Made by a program: the position numbers and the translations under genes. The notes under the pieces are model-generated. The model did no database searches, had not been told where the DNA came from, and saw only the letters and a program-made list of their open reading frames with translations. Below are positions 39,826-52,088 of a stretch of 64,000 bases of DNA, in pieces. The DNA lies in the NCBI RefSeq assembly GCF_018350175.1, contig NC_058368.1, positions 103,976,001 to 104,040,000 on the forward strand, given 5' to 3'. Numbering within the stretch: the stretch's first letter is position 1; every line of letters begins with the position of its first letter. The DNA comes from Felis catus. Lineage: Eukaryota.

Positions 39826-42068
39826 CTTTTTTTTTCATTGAAGTCTAGTTGATACACAATGTGACAGAGTTGCAGGTGTACAACATAGTGATTCCACAGG
39901 TCTATACCTTATGCTGTGATCACCATGAGTGCAGTTACCGTACAGTATTAAATACCATCCAACTGTATTCCCTGTGCTCTACCCTTCATCCCCGACTTAC
40001 TCATTCCATAACGGGAAGCCGGAATGTCCCCTTCACCCGTTTTCCCCATCCTTCTACTCCTACCCCTGTGGCAGCTGTCACTTTGTTCTCTGTATGTATG
40101 GGTCTCTTTCTGCTTTTAGATTGTATTTATTCATTTGTTTTTTAGACTCCCACTATAAATGAAATCGTAAGATACTTGTCTTTGCCAGTCTGACTGCTTT
40201 CACTTAGCACAATACCCTCTGGGTCTATCCGTGTCGTGACAAATAGCAAGGTCTCATTCTTTTTAATGGCTGTGTGATATTCCATTGTGTATCTATACTG
40301 GATCTTCTTTGTTCATCGATAGATGCTTGGGCTGCTTCCACAGCTTGGCTATTGTAAATAATGCTGCAGTAAACATAGGGGTGCATATATTTTCTCAAAT
40401 CAGTATTTTTGTTTTCTTTGGGCAAATACCCAGAAGTGGGATTGTTGGGTTGTATGGTATTTCTATTTTTAATTTTTTGAGGAACTTCCGTATTGTTTTC
40501 CACACTGGCTGCCCCAAGTGACATTCCCACCAACAGTGCACCAGGGTTCCATTTTCTTCACGACCTCACCAGCCGTTGTTAGTTCTTGTCTTTTTTAAGT
40601 CTAGCCATTCTGACGGGTGTGAGGTAATATCTCACCCTGGTTTTGATTTTCGTTTCCCTGATGACTGGCAAAGATTAGACACATCTTTTCATGTGTCTTT
40701 TGACCTCATGGATAGCTTCTTTGGAAAAATGTCTATCCGGGTCCTCTGCCCATTTTCTTAGATTGTTTATTTTTTGGTGTTGAGTTGTATAAGTTTTTTA
40801 TGTATTTTGAATACTAACCGCTTACCAGATAAATCATTTGCAAATAGCTTCTAGCATTCAGTAGGTTGACTTTTTATTTTGTTGATGGTTCCCTTCACTG
40901 TATAAAGGCTTTTTATTTTGGTGTAGTCCCAATAGTTTATTTTTGCTTTTGTTTCCTTTGCCCAAGAAGACATATCTAGAAGAATGTTGGTAAGGTTAAT
41001 GTCAAAGAGATTATTCACTCTGTTTTCTTCTAGGAGTGTTATGGTTTCAGGTCTCACACATAAGTCTTTAATCCATTTTGAGTTTATTTTTGTGTATGGT
41101 ATAAGAAAGTGGTCCAGTTTCATTATTTCACATGTAGCTGTCCATTGTTCCCAGCACCATTTATTGAAGAGACTGTCTTTTCCCTATTGTGCATTTTTGT
41201 TTCCTTTGTCATAGATTAATTGACCATATAAGTGTGGGTGTATTTCTGGGCTCTCTATTCTGTCCCATTGATCTATGTGTCTGTTTTTGTGCCGGTACCA
41301 TACCGTTTTGATTACTATAGCTTTGTGTAGTATATCCTGAAATCTGGGATAGTGATGTCTCCAGGTTTGCTCTTCTTTGTCAAGATTGCTTTGGATATTT
41401 GGGGTCTTTTGTGGCTCCAAACAAATTTTAGGATTATTTGTTCTAGTTCTGTGAAAAATGCTGTTGGTATTTTGATTGCACCGACTGTGTAGATGGCTTT
41501 GGATAGGATAGACGTTTTAATTTTTTTTTTAATTTTTTTTCAACGTTTTTTATTTTATTTTTGGGACAGAGAGAGACAAAGCATGAACGGGCGAGGGGCA
41601 GAGAGAGAGGGAGACACAGAATCAGAAATAGGCTCCAGGCTCTGAGCCATCAGCCCAGAGCCCGACGCGGGGCTCGAACTCACGGACCGCGAGATCGTGA
41701 CCTGGCTGAAGTCAGATGCTTAACCGACTGCGCCACCCAGGCGCCCCTAAATTTTTTTTTTAATGTTTATTTATTTTTGAGACAGAGAGAGACAGAGCAT
41801 GAACGGGGGAGGGGCAGAGAGAGAGGGAGACACAGAATCGGAAGCAGGCTCCAGGCTCTGAGCCATCAGCCCAGAGCCCGATGCGGGGCTCGAACTCACA
41901 AACCGTGAGATCGTGACCTGAGCTGAAGTCGGACGCTCAACCGACTGAGCCACCCAGGCGCCCCAGGATAGACGTTTTAAACATATTCTTTGAATCCATG
42001 AACATGGGCTGTCTTTTCACTTGTGTCCTCTTCGCTTTCTTTCATCAATGTTTTACAGTTTTCAGAGC
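39826..42068 (-). mobile_element. 5'-truncated carnivore L1 (ORF2 C-terminus + 3'UTR) with two SINEs inserted at ~41520-41964
   Basis: ORF2 remnants ([41 protein letters not shown]), poly(T) at the left end, TSD-like tttgtaactttt at both ends; SINE TSD ggatagacgttttaa. Confidence 0.9.
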
Positions 42069-43659
42069 TCCATTTGTAACTTTTGAATTATGCCTTCTGC
42101 TTCTAATACTCAGAAATGAATATGTAGATAGATAAATAAAATGTAAAGCTTCTAGACCAAGACAGACTGTATCTGAATTACAAACGAAACTCTTTTTCCT
42201 GACTTACAAAAATCTAGTTTGGGAGATTTGGCATTTACTTTGTAATTGGAGACGCTGAGGGGTCTTAGAGGGGCCCTGGTCTCCATCACCAACTCCTGCA
42301 CCTTTGCACCCCATTCTGTTCCCTTATGGTTCCTGTGAAGTCTCAGTTTGTACTGTGGCTGCTGCCCACCCACCCCCAGAGCCCTCCTCTGTCCTTACAG
42401 CCCATCTTTTGCTTCTCACAAACCGCCACCCTTGCCTGCCAGCCAGTCTGGAAGCCACTAAGCAAGCAGCACACCCAAATCAAGGGTTTGGTGCCCCAGG
42501 CCTTGGCTCGCCCAGGTGCACATGAGTGTTCAGTACAGCATTTCAGCACAACACTATACTGTAACAGACCTGGCCTTCATCACAACAGTCCCATTTCCAG
42601 GATTTTATCTCATGGAGACTGTCTGGGGAAACATATCCTATCCTCAGGTCACTTCCGAACTTTGTTGGTCAAGACTGTGGTTTCAGGATATGATGATCAG
42701 GGATTTTTTTGTTTAAGTGACAATGGATATAAACCTACCCTCACCCACACTACCATAAGGGAGTTTATGACATTTTTTATGCCTTCGCTTAGACCGATTT
42801 AACTTGAAGGTAGGTTCAAGTCCACTTCACTACTGGAATTGGAAAGGAACACAGCTACCTGGACTGAACCCCAGGGAGGCACCAGTTCTCATTTACTTGG
42901 AGACACAGCCCATTCACTCACATGAGATGCAACTGAATCCTCATTCTGCCCAGTAGCTCCTTGGACAGCTTGTAACTTTTGAATTATGCCTTCTGCTTGG
43001 GACTTGCTTGGGATGATGGCTAAATTCCCAGTATGAGGGACAAAAGGCCTGGGAGATGAATGTGACAGGAGAAAGGAGAGTGGAGTTTACCTTAAACTCA
43101 AAGAGACTCTTTCCAGGACGAATGGGACTTGGCTTCGTGTAAGAATTCTGATTCTGAAAAATGGTGAAAGGTTGATCATCTTATCATCAGATTAATGAGG
43201 TCTGGGAATTGACACATAATGTACTGTCGATAGGGATTGTCCAACCCGTGTTTTTATTTGTAGATTGCGTAACAGTGCGGGGCAGTGTCTCTTACTGAAA
43301 ATAGCACTTCCTAGCCGGTGATGAGAACGCCTTCTCCTAAACAGTACTATCCGGCTTGGTTAGCATGAGTATGACTCTGTCTCACTGCTCTGGAATCCCT
43401 ACTGAAAGCTTTCAGGGCCTATAAGTGGCCCTTCAATTGGGTTGGAGATGGGAGAAGAAATAACTTGCCGAGGCCGAGTACAGATTGATCCTCTGTCCCT
43501 AGCACCTGCTGCTGCTTCTAAGCATCCTTAAAACCACCAGCCACTTGTTTGTTCAGCTGCCCAGCCCTGAGCATCCTGCCCTGCCATCGGGAACCCTTCT
43601 GATAAGCATTTGTTGAAAGAGGAAGGTTGGAACGTGCCACTGCTGGGGCGTCCACTAGG

Positions 43660-44158
43660 GCCGCCTCCAATGATCTCTGAGAAGTTCCAGCAAGTACGTC
43701 TTGTAAGTACCCAACACCAGCAGCAATTATTTGGCAGAAAACAGCCTTTGTCATCACTGCAGCTAAGGGTGTGGGGCAAAGATCGGCTCATGGGGTGTTG
43801 GGGAGAGCAGACCTCACCCTCACCAGTAGGGCAGGAGAGCTCACTGAGGACGACATGGACCGTGTGTGTACCATGATGCGGAATCCATGCCAGTATAAGC
43901 TCCCAGACTGGTTCTGCAACAGACTGAAAGGACGTCAAGGATGGAAAAAATACAACCAGGTCCTGGCCAATGGTACAAACACCAAACTATGCGAAGGCCT
44001 GGAGTGACTGGCGAAGATTCAGGCCCAAAGAAGGTGGCACCCCTTCTGGGGACTTCGTGTCCGAGGCCAGCACTCAAAGACCACAGGCTGCTGTGGCCAT
44101 ACTGTGGGTGGGTCCAAGGAATCTTTAGGCCTTGTCTGTGAATAAATAGTTTATACAT
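43660..44158 (+). pseudogene. RPS18: Processed pseudogene of 40S ribosomal protein S18
   Basis: Intronless decayed match to RPS18 ([61 protein letters not shown]). Frameshifts, TGA at 44005-44007, AATAAA at 44141, then an A-rich (GGAA)n tail. Confidence 0.92.
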
Positions 44159-44297
44159 GGAAGGAAGGAAGGAAGGAAGGAAGGAAGGAAGGAAGGAAGG
44201 AAGGAAGGAAGGAAGGAAGGAAGGAAGGAAAGGAGAAAAGAAGGAAGGAACGAGGAAGGAAGGAAAAAGAAGGAAAGAAAGAAAAGGAAAAGAAAGA
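44159..44297 (+). repeat. (GGAA)n microsatellite at the RPS18 pseudogene tail
   Basis: Perfect GGAA run then degenerate A/G-rich units, 13 nt after AATAAA. Confidence 0.9.
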
Positions 44298-46829
44298 TTA
44301 TTCTTTTGGTTTGGTTTTGGGGATTTTTTAGTTGACCCTCCTAGTCACTGTCCCTGAAAGGCCTTGTCTTGTTTAAAAAAAAGAAAGAGGGGCGCCTGTG
44401 TAGCTCAGTCATTTAAGCGTTTGACTCTTGATTCCGCTCAGGTCGCGATCCCAGGGTCGTGGGATCAAGCCTCGGGTCTGGCTCTGTCCTGAGCACGGAG
44501 CCTCCTTAAGATCTCTGTCTCCTTCTGCCCCTCCCTGACTCATGTAGGTGTCTTCTCTTTCTCTCTAAGAAAAAAAAACAAAAACAAAAAAACCTGATTT
44601 CTTTATTTTGATGCTTTAAATGAGACCTGTTACTTCCTCTCCCTTGCTGGTGAATTCAGCTTTAGTGATGGTAACTTGAGAGCCACTGAGGGGCCTCAAG
44701 GAACTGTTCCAGTCCCCTCCCACGCTCTGCTCACTCAGACACTGGCAGTCTCTGCTGTTGGGATTGTCCATAGTTTAGTCTGCTGCCACAGGACGTCAGA
44801 GGTAAGGGGTGCTTGCAGGAGTGATCTCGTCTGCGTTAGGAATCAACTTGCTTGAGTTTTCTGTAGCATCTTCAAGTCAACAAAACTCTAAAACTGAAAT
44901 CAGCCCATACAGCAGTGTCACTTTGTGTTTGAGACACTACCGGATGAATCCCATATCAGTCAACATGTATTAAGGACCACTATGAGCAGGGGCACCTCAG
45001 TGGCTCAGTTGGTTGAATGTCTGACTTCAGCTCAGGTCACAAACTCGCGGTTTGTGAGTTCAAGCCCCGCATCGGGCTCTGTGCTGACAGCTCAGAGCCT
45101 GGAGCCTGCTTCGGATTCTGTGTCTCCCTCTCTTTCTGCCCTTCCCCTGCTTATGCTCTGTCTCTGTCTCTCAAAAATAAATAAAATGTTTAAAAAAATT
45201 TTTTTTAAAAAGGACCACTATGAGCCAAATGCTGAGCTGAGTGCTGTGGAAAAAACACACGAGTTCCCCATTTTTAAGGAATTTAGTAATTGGATAAATA
45301 AGACATTTGCCCAGAGCTGAGGTCCCCTTAGGGCTACATCCATACAGAGGGGCACATTTTTATGAGTGCTTCTTAGTGGGAAGGCTCTTTCTAAGTACAC
45401 AGAGGTGCTGGACAGGACAGCAGTGGCTCGGTTCTTGTATAAAATCGGTAAATATGTAAATAAATGCTGAGTGGTTTATTGAGGGTCCACACAGATTTAT
45501 TCTCCCTACTTCAAGAGGGGCTCTCAAGTGGATTGCTGCCTGATGCCTTTGAAGAATCACAATGTGTGTGTCTTGGGGAGGGCAGTTAGGAGAGATATGC
45601 TCTAAAGCCCCTTAAGAGTTCCCAAATTCTCTGAGTCTGTGAATTAAACTGGATGCTAACATTAAATAAAATCCTCTATTTTAAACCAGAGCGGTGTTTT
45701 CTTATTAATATTTCAAAGCCTTCCCTTTACCTTTCATCACATAATGCAATTCATTTATGGACTGAATTCTTTTAATGTACTTAAGTGCTTTTGAGTGCTT
45801 TGAGAATTGAAGAAGTGGAAAGTTGGGCGTCTGTCCTTGAATATTTATGTACTTAGGAAGAGAGAAATACTAACCACAGTATAAGAATATCCACCATATG
45901 TAGGGGTTGTCCATTGGATACCTTGTCAAATACCCTTGGTGTTGATGGTGACACTACAGCAGTGTTACTGGTATGGGCTGGCAACCTCAAATACTGTGAA
46001 AAGGGTCTTAAGCAAGCACCCACAAAACTTCAACTAACCGGTGACATTTCCTGCCTGTGCGGTCATCTGCAGGTGAAGACACCAAGTAGGTGGTGAATGG
46101 GGATTAAAATTAGCCGAACGATCATAGCGACGCTACCTTAGTATTTTCCCTTTCTGTTCAGCCACCGTGGCGTTCTCACATTCTCAGAAATCTGTCTTGT
46201 GAATCCTGTGCTTTGCAGACTGACACCAAAGAAGGTCTGCTCCTTGGAAATTAAAACACCGTGTATGTGCCTTCCCGCCTTCCTTTCTCTCCTCTTGCTC
46301 GTATTGGAATTGGTGTCCCCAGTCCCTAACACTGAGGGAACTCAACTCCTGTATCCACCACACTCATTACCTCCATTGGTTTGTGGTTCAGCATGCAAAC
46401 CGTCCTGACTTGCTTTTGCCTCTAGTCCTTCTTTTACCAACGTCAGCCCTACAAGCCTAGTGATCGTCATTATATACCGGCACTCACCTAGACTCTGTGG
46501 TCAGTATAAAAGTCAATAAGATCCTCACCCCGCCCTGGAGCTCTCACACTAAAGAGCTAATAAGGGGGCTAGATGGATGGACCAGTGACTGGGGGAGGGG
46601 GGTAGATGGCAGGGAGAAGAGTTAGAGAATAGGAAGGTGAGTGTGGACCCCAGAGGCCTCCCAACTCAGAACCATTCTGATTCTGTGAACTTGGCCAAGT
46701 TGGTAAGTGAGAGCCTCAGATTCCAGATCTGTAATCTGGGAGTAATAATTCCTACCCAGCCTGGGTGGCGGTGTAGATTAGACTGGAAATTGCTTAGAGA
46801 GGTCCTTGGTTAAAACATCGACAACCCAA

Positions 46830-47260
46830 AATGGGACCTATATAACTACAACATTGGGTGTTAAGGGAAATGCAGACAAAGGGGCGGGGGCTCCCAGCAG
46901 AAAGGCTCACAGCTGGCTGTGAGCCTGTGTGCTGTGCACGTGTGTGCAGGGGCCCTCCCAGCCTCCAGGTGATCTGTCGCCTCAGCATGCTAGCCGGGCA
47001 GAGCTGGGCAGCGTGGGGCCCTCCTGCGCACGCCCGGCAGCCACCAAGTCCCCACAAAGTCGGATGTTTACCTGCAGCAGCAGGCAGGACCTGGAGCTCC
47101 TGCCCTTGAGGCACCAGCTGAGAGGCTTCAGAATGGAGATCTGGAAAGCGCACAGCTGTCCACGCTGACTTCAGCCTGTTGTGGGGCTTGAACATCATTC
47201 CCCTCTCCAGAAAGCAAGGTTTTCTCATCGTTTTTCCTTCCACATGACCCCCTTCCCCGG
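46830..47260 (+). promoter_or_regulatory. Candidate internal GRAMD2B promoter / extended first exon
   Basis: GC-richer island in a ~4 kb CAN-SINE-free zone; GC box ggggcggggg (46881), E-box cacgtg (46937), in-frame ATG at 47261. Confidence 0.4.
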
Positions 47261-47295
47261 ATGTCTAAGGTGAAGCGTTTTTCTCTCTTCTCCAG

Positions 47296-47415
47296 CTCAG
47301 AGGCTGAGAATGGTTTGGAGGAGAAAAAGAAGATCTGCAGGTCGCCAACAGCCCAGTCCCCTACCCCGTCCTGCGAGGCTGAGTCCCCAGACCAGAAGAG
47401 AATCATTTCCTTGCG
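47296..47415 (+). CDS. GRAMD2B: GRAMD2B coding exon (inferred exon 2), 120 nt, phase 2-2
   Basis: Acceptor ttctctcttctccAG, donor GTgagt. Translates SEAENGLEEKKKICRSPTAQSPTPSCEAESPDQKRIISL(R), matching the recalled human GRAMD2B N-terminal segment; frame joins the next exon. Confidence 0.93.
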
Positions 47416-48577
47416 GTGAGTGTCCTCACGTTGACTCTTGGTTCTTTGGGGCCTTTGGGGAGGAGGGGTGGCTGGGAGGAGCTGATGTTTCTAGTTCAAT
47501 GGCAGTTGTCACAAGTGAGGATCCACTGTAACCAGATAACCCCCTGAGAAAGAAGTGGGGTGGTTTTCCTCAATCTCGGCACGGATGCGTGCCTTCCTTT
47601 CTCATCCCTTTCTGGCAGCTTACTTTCTCCTTCCTGCCCCAACCTACTGCAGAACACCTGCCCCTCTCTTCAAGGACTGATCTTGCTGAGTGATAAAGCC
47701 AGGATAGCCCACTGCCTGGCATAGGTTGATGCGGCACCTGGAAAGGCTGGCCGGGGTGCTGGTGCAGCCCGCCCAGGTTGGAGTATCTGCTCTGCCTGTG
47801 CGTGTGCACACCTGCTGTCTCGCTTTCCTGGCAGCCACAAAAAAGCGGAGGGGGAGCCCTGCCTGGGATCCCCGGACAGGGTGTGCATGTCTGTTTCTTG
47901 GGGCCGGTGCTGGTAGGTCCAGCGTCAGTTTGGTCGTGAGCCTAGAAGGGACAGGCAGTTTTGAGATGAGGCGCGGTCCCTGTCACTCTCAGAGACTCTT
48001 TGTTACATGCTTTTTCTCACATGCAAGGAAGAAGTAGGAGCTCAGAGTTGTTTTTGTGCCCTCATCAGAGAATGATCATTTCAGTGGTCAGTTACGGTGC
48101 ATGTAGTCAGGGGTCTGTACCGAGTGGTGGAGCGATTGCTCATGTCTCTGTTACTGGAACTGTCAGAACTGTACCTTCTGGGTCTTTGGGCCTCTGCTAA
48201 AGGATAATTAAATAACTCCTGCCTTTCCCTTCCTTCCTGGCTACACAGCCCATTCCCTCTCTCCACATCCTTCCTTCACTCAAGACCAAGCCTAAGTCTT
48301 CTCTCGCCCCCACATTTTTCTTTCCAGCCCCTTCCACTTCTCTCTTCATCAGTTCTGCATGGCTGTTTGGACACATCTCACTTTCACCATTTCTTTCCAT
48401 AGCTGTTTGCTTTCAGAGCACCTTGCCTCACTCAGCAAATGAGGCTCAGGCAAAAGCACAAAGCATGTCGTTTCTTGTATCTTTCACCATTATTGACTGG
48501 CTCCAGCAGGCGCTTTAAAAACACTGTGGCTTTTTCTCTGCCTCCCCCAGGCTTTGGGTGAGAATAATACACTCATC

Positions 48578-48742
48578 ATGAGGGCGTGTTTGTCAAACGG
48601 TGTGGGTGTGTCATCTGTGCATTTGCAAAGAGCCCCACGCTTGATGTAATGCTCTGCTCTCGCTGTCTGGAAATTCCTAATACTTGAATAAGAGGCCCTA
48701 CATTTTCATTCTGCACTCGACTTCCGGTCCTGCGCATAGTGA
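48578..48742. mobile_element. MER53-like hAT non-autonomous DNA transposon relic
   Basis: Matches recalled MER53 core: gccccacgcttg...taatgctctgct...gaaattc.taata...cattttcatt.tgcact...ccggtcctg. Confidence 0.55.
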
Positions 48743-50636
48743 CCTGTGAGATGAGAGAGTAACAGCGTAGACACAAAGATACCAATGCCATATAAATAAG
48801 CGCCCCTTCCACCCCTTCCCCAGAGACCAGTGCTGTGCACACAAGCCCCTTCTGCTTGCGCCTCTTGGATTCGTCAGGGATACATCTGCCTTGCCTGTCA
48901 GAATTTGCTTACAGTCCTTCAAAAGGTCTGATCATTGCCTTGATGATTCCATTAACATTTACTAGTGTGAATCAGTCGAGGTAATTAATTCGGATTAGTG
49001 GATGGTATACTAATAGGTAAATTGCCATTTGTAAAAATTATTTTTGACTACAAATGTTTACTCATAATTTCAAAAAAAAAAAAAAAGTAATCCCTAGAAT
49101 TCCAAAGTCATTTGTATCTGTGAATAGGTTCAGTGGCCAGTAGCTAAATCCAAATCTGACACCTGGAATCAATGAGAGGTATTTCACCTGTGGTTAGAGC
49201 ATCATGGACCCAAACTGTTGTGGCTGGCAGCAGCTTAGAATATCATTTGGCCCATCTTTTCAGGGCTGAGAAACCCAGAGTCTAAAGTCTTAACTGCAGT
49301 CATTTCTGTCTCTCAGTCACACCCTTGTACCACCTGAATTACTCAAGATTCTTAACTCTGCTTTGAACCAAATACTCATTTTTTTTTTATTTTTTTTTTA
49401 ACGTTTATTTATTTTTGAGACAGAGAGAGACAGAGCATGAATGGGGGAGGATCAGAGAGAGAGGGAGACACAGAATCTGGAACAGGCTCCAGGCTCTGAG
49501 CCATCAACTCAGAGCCCGACGCGGGGTTGGAACTCACGGACCGTGAGATCATGACCTGAGCCGAAGTCGGACGCTCAACCGACTGAGCCACCCAGGCGCC
49601 CCGAACCAAATACTCATTTTAACTGAGCCTCTTTCTAAGGAATCATACTGTAGGATCATGGATTTCATGTGCCATTTTTCCCCATAGTGAAAAAAAATAC
49701 ATAATTGTATCATAAAAGTTGTTTGTATATACATCTCTGAAAACCATACATGCATTCCACTTGAGAATGATTCTGTTTGTCTGTCAGGTTGAAGATATGT
49801 GCAAATTCACACACCTACTCAAATGAAGAGCCAGGACTAGAATCACCTTAGAAACAAATACTGGAGCTCTGACCTCTGTCCTTAGTAGAACAAAGGAAAA
49901 CTTGACTTTCCAACGTGGTCTTCATTTTTATCCTGATTTCACTTCTACTGTTTTCCCACTCTGGGATGTTTTGTTTCTCTTTTCCTTATACCCAACTCCT
50001 GCTTATCCTCTGAGGCCCAGTGTATTAAACCTACGTTGTGCTGTTGATCTCCTCTTACCTCCTTTTGAACTTAGGGTCTCTATACCTCCTCCTAATAGCT
50101 GTGGTATGTATTATTATTGGGCACTACGTCTTGTACTGCCTTAGAAAAAAGATGTTGGATGCATTCACAGGCTTCTTAAGGAAAAAGACCGTCTTGTGTC
50201 CCTCTAGGCCTTTAATACAATGCCCTACTCATTTAACCCATGTTAAATATTAATAGAATTCTGAAACGAAAATATTCTTTGATCGAATTATAGCTGCAGT
50301 TTTGTTTAATAATTTGCCTACAGTACTTTTACTGCTTAAAATCCTTTGAGATGGTATAATTACCTTCACAATTCAGTTTGTATTTCTCCCTTCTAGAAGT
50401 CTGCATTTCTGCAGATTGAGGTTGTGGCCCTGTGAAACCATCCCAGTCTCCCACACACTATGCTGTGTAAATGCTCTTAGAGTATTAGGAGTGATCACTG
50501 GTGTCCAGAAAAACAAAACAAAACAAATGTCAGGTTTTCTTGTGAGATGGCATGCTAATCAAGATTTATTACAATAGGATTAATGAGTAGCATTAAACAA
50601 TTCATCTTACAGACTCCCTGGGTTCTCTTTGCTCAG

Positions 50637-50748
50637 GTCAAAATCCAGTTTTGATGGTGCCTCTTTAGCAAGTGATAAGAACGACTGTAAAACAGAGAGC
50701 AAAAGTGAATCTAAGATGGACAGGAAGAAGTCTTCGTCTTCCAGCCAG
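50637..50748 (+). CDS. GRAMD2B: GRAMD2B coding exon (inferred exon 3), 112 nt
   Basis: Acceptor ctctttgctcAG, donor GTaact. Translates SKSSFDGASLASDKNDCKTESKSESKMDRKKSSSSSQ; ends phase 0. Confidence 0.93.
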
Positions 50749-51874
50749 GTAACTTGGGAATGTGGACTGCACTGATCAGAGGATGGGGGGACCCCTAGAG
50801 CCAAGGGAAAGGAAGGACCCAAATGTGTATCTTCCTGCCATTCACGACTCTCATAGGCAGATAGTAGAGAATCTGGAACACAGAACAGGATGCAGATCCT
50901 TCGGCCGACTATTAATCAGTTTCGTATTTCCCCACTGACCTTCCGGTATATCCTGGGTGGCGGTGAGTTGCATATCGTGACCCCTAACTCTGACAAGTGC
51001 CCCAAGAGCAGGGACCTATGTGGTCATGTGCTGGTCTAAAAACCAGCCAAGATAATTAGCTTGCCTAATGATTAAGAGAGTTGTGATGTCCTTGCATCAA
51101 AATGAGTGTGATACAGCACCTGTGTGAATGGAAGGCAACCCAGCTTCCCACTGAAGAGGAAAACCTGTGGACCGTCACGATTCTCCTCCAGAAGCAGTTC
51201 GGTTCCGCTCTAAAACCCACCCCGATAGGTAACTAAGCCCAGTCCTGTGTCATGGAGTGTGGCATACTTACTGGGACCAGTAGTTTGAGGTTGTTTTTTA
51301 ACACTCCCCCCGCTAAATACTCGAATATGTGTTTCCTAAGAAGGAGAAAAACCCATTGGCACACACAAGAAATTTAACTGAATAGTAAATACACAAAAAT
51401 ATTACTTCTATAAAATCCATTTCAGAATTCCACAGTCTTCCAGTAGTCAGTGCCTGCATCAATGTTTTTTGCCACCCCCCCCCCAAAATGAATCCAGTCA
51501 GGAGCCAAATAATGGATTTATCTGTCCCTTTTTTTTTTTTTAATTTTTTAATGTTTTTATTTATTTTGAGACAGAGAGAAACGGAGCATGAGCAGGGGAG
51601 GGGCAGAGAGAGAGGGAGACACAGAATCTGAAGCAGGCTCCAGGCTCCAAGCTGTCAGCACAGAGTCTGACTCGGGGCTCGAACTCACGGACCGTGAGAT
51701 CGTGACCTGAGCCCAACCGACCGAGCCACCCGGGCGCCCCTATCTGTCCCTTTTAATGTACATCATTTCCACTGCCTTTTTTTTTTCTTTTTTTTTTCTT
51801 CCGTTTATTACATTCACATTTGTTCATGTTCCACGTTGTTTTTTGGATTTTCTGGCTCAGGTTATTTTTCTTAA

Positions 51875-52088
51875 AATTTTTTTTTCAACGTTTATTTATT
51901 TTTGGGACAGAGAGAGACAGAGCATGAACGGGGGAGGGGCAGAGAGAGAGGGAGACACAGAATCGGAAACAGGCTCCAGGCTCTGAGCCGTCAGCCCAGA
52001 GCCTGACGCGGGGCTCGAACTCACGGACTGTGAGATCGTGACCTGGCGGAAGTTGGGCGCTTAACCGACTGCGCCACCCAGGCGCCCC
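51875..52088 (-). mobile_element. Young felid SINE in inferred intron 3
   Basis: Same young subfamily, antisense; adjacent to a second antisense SINE at 52089-52288. Confidence 0.9.
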
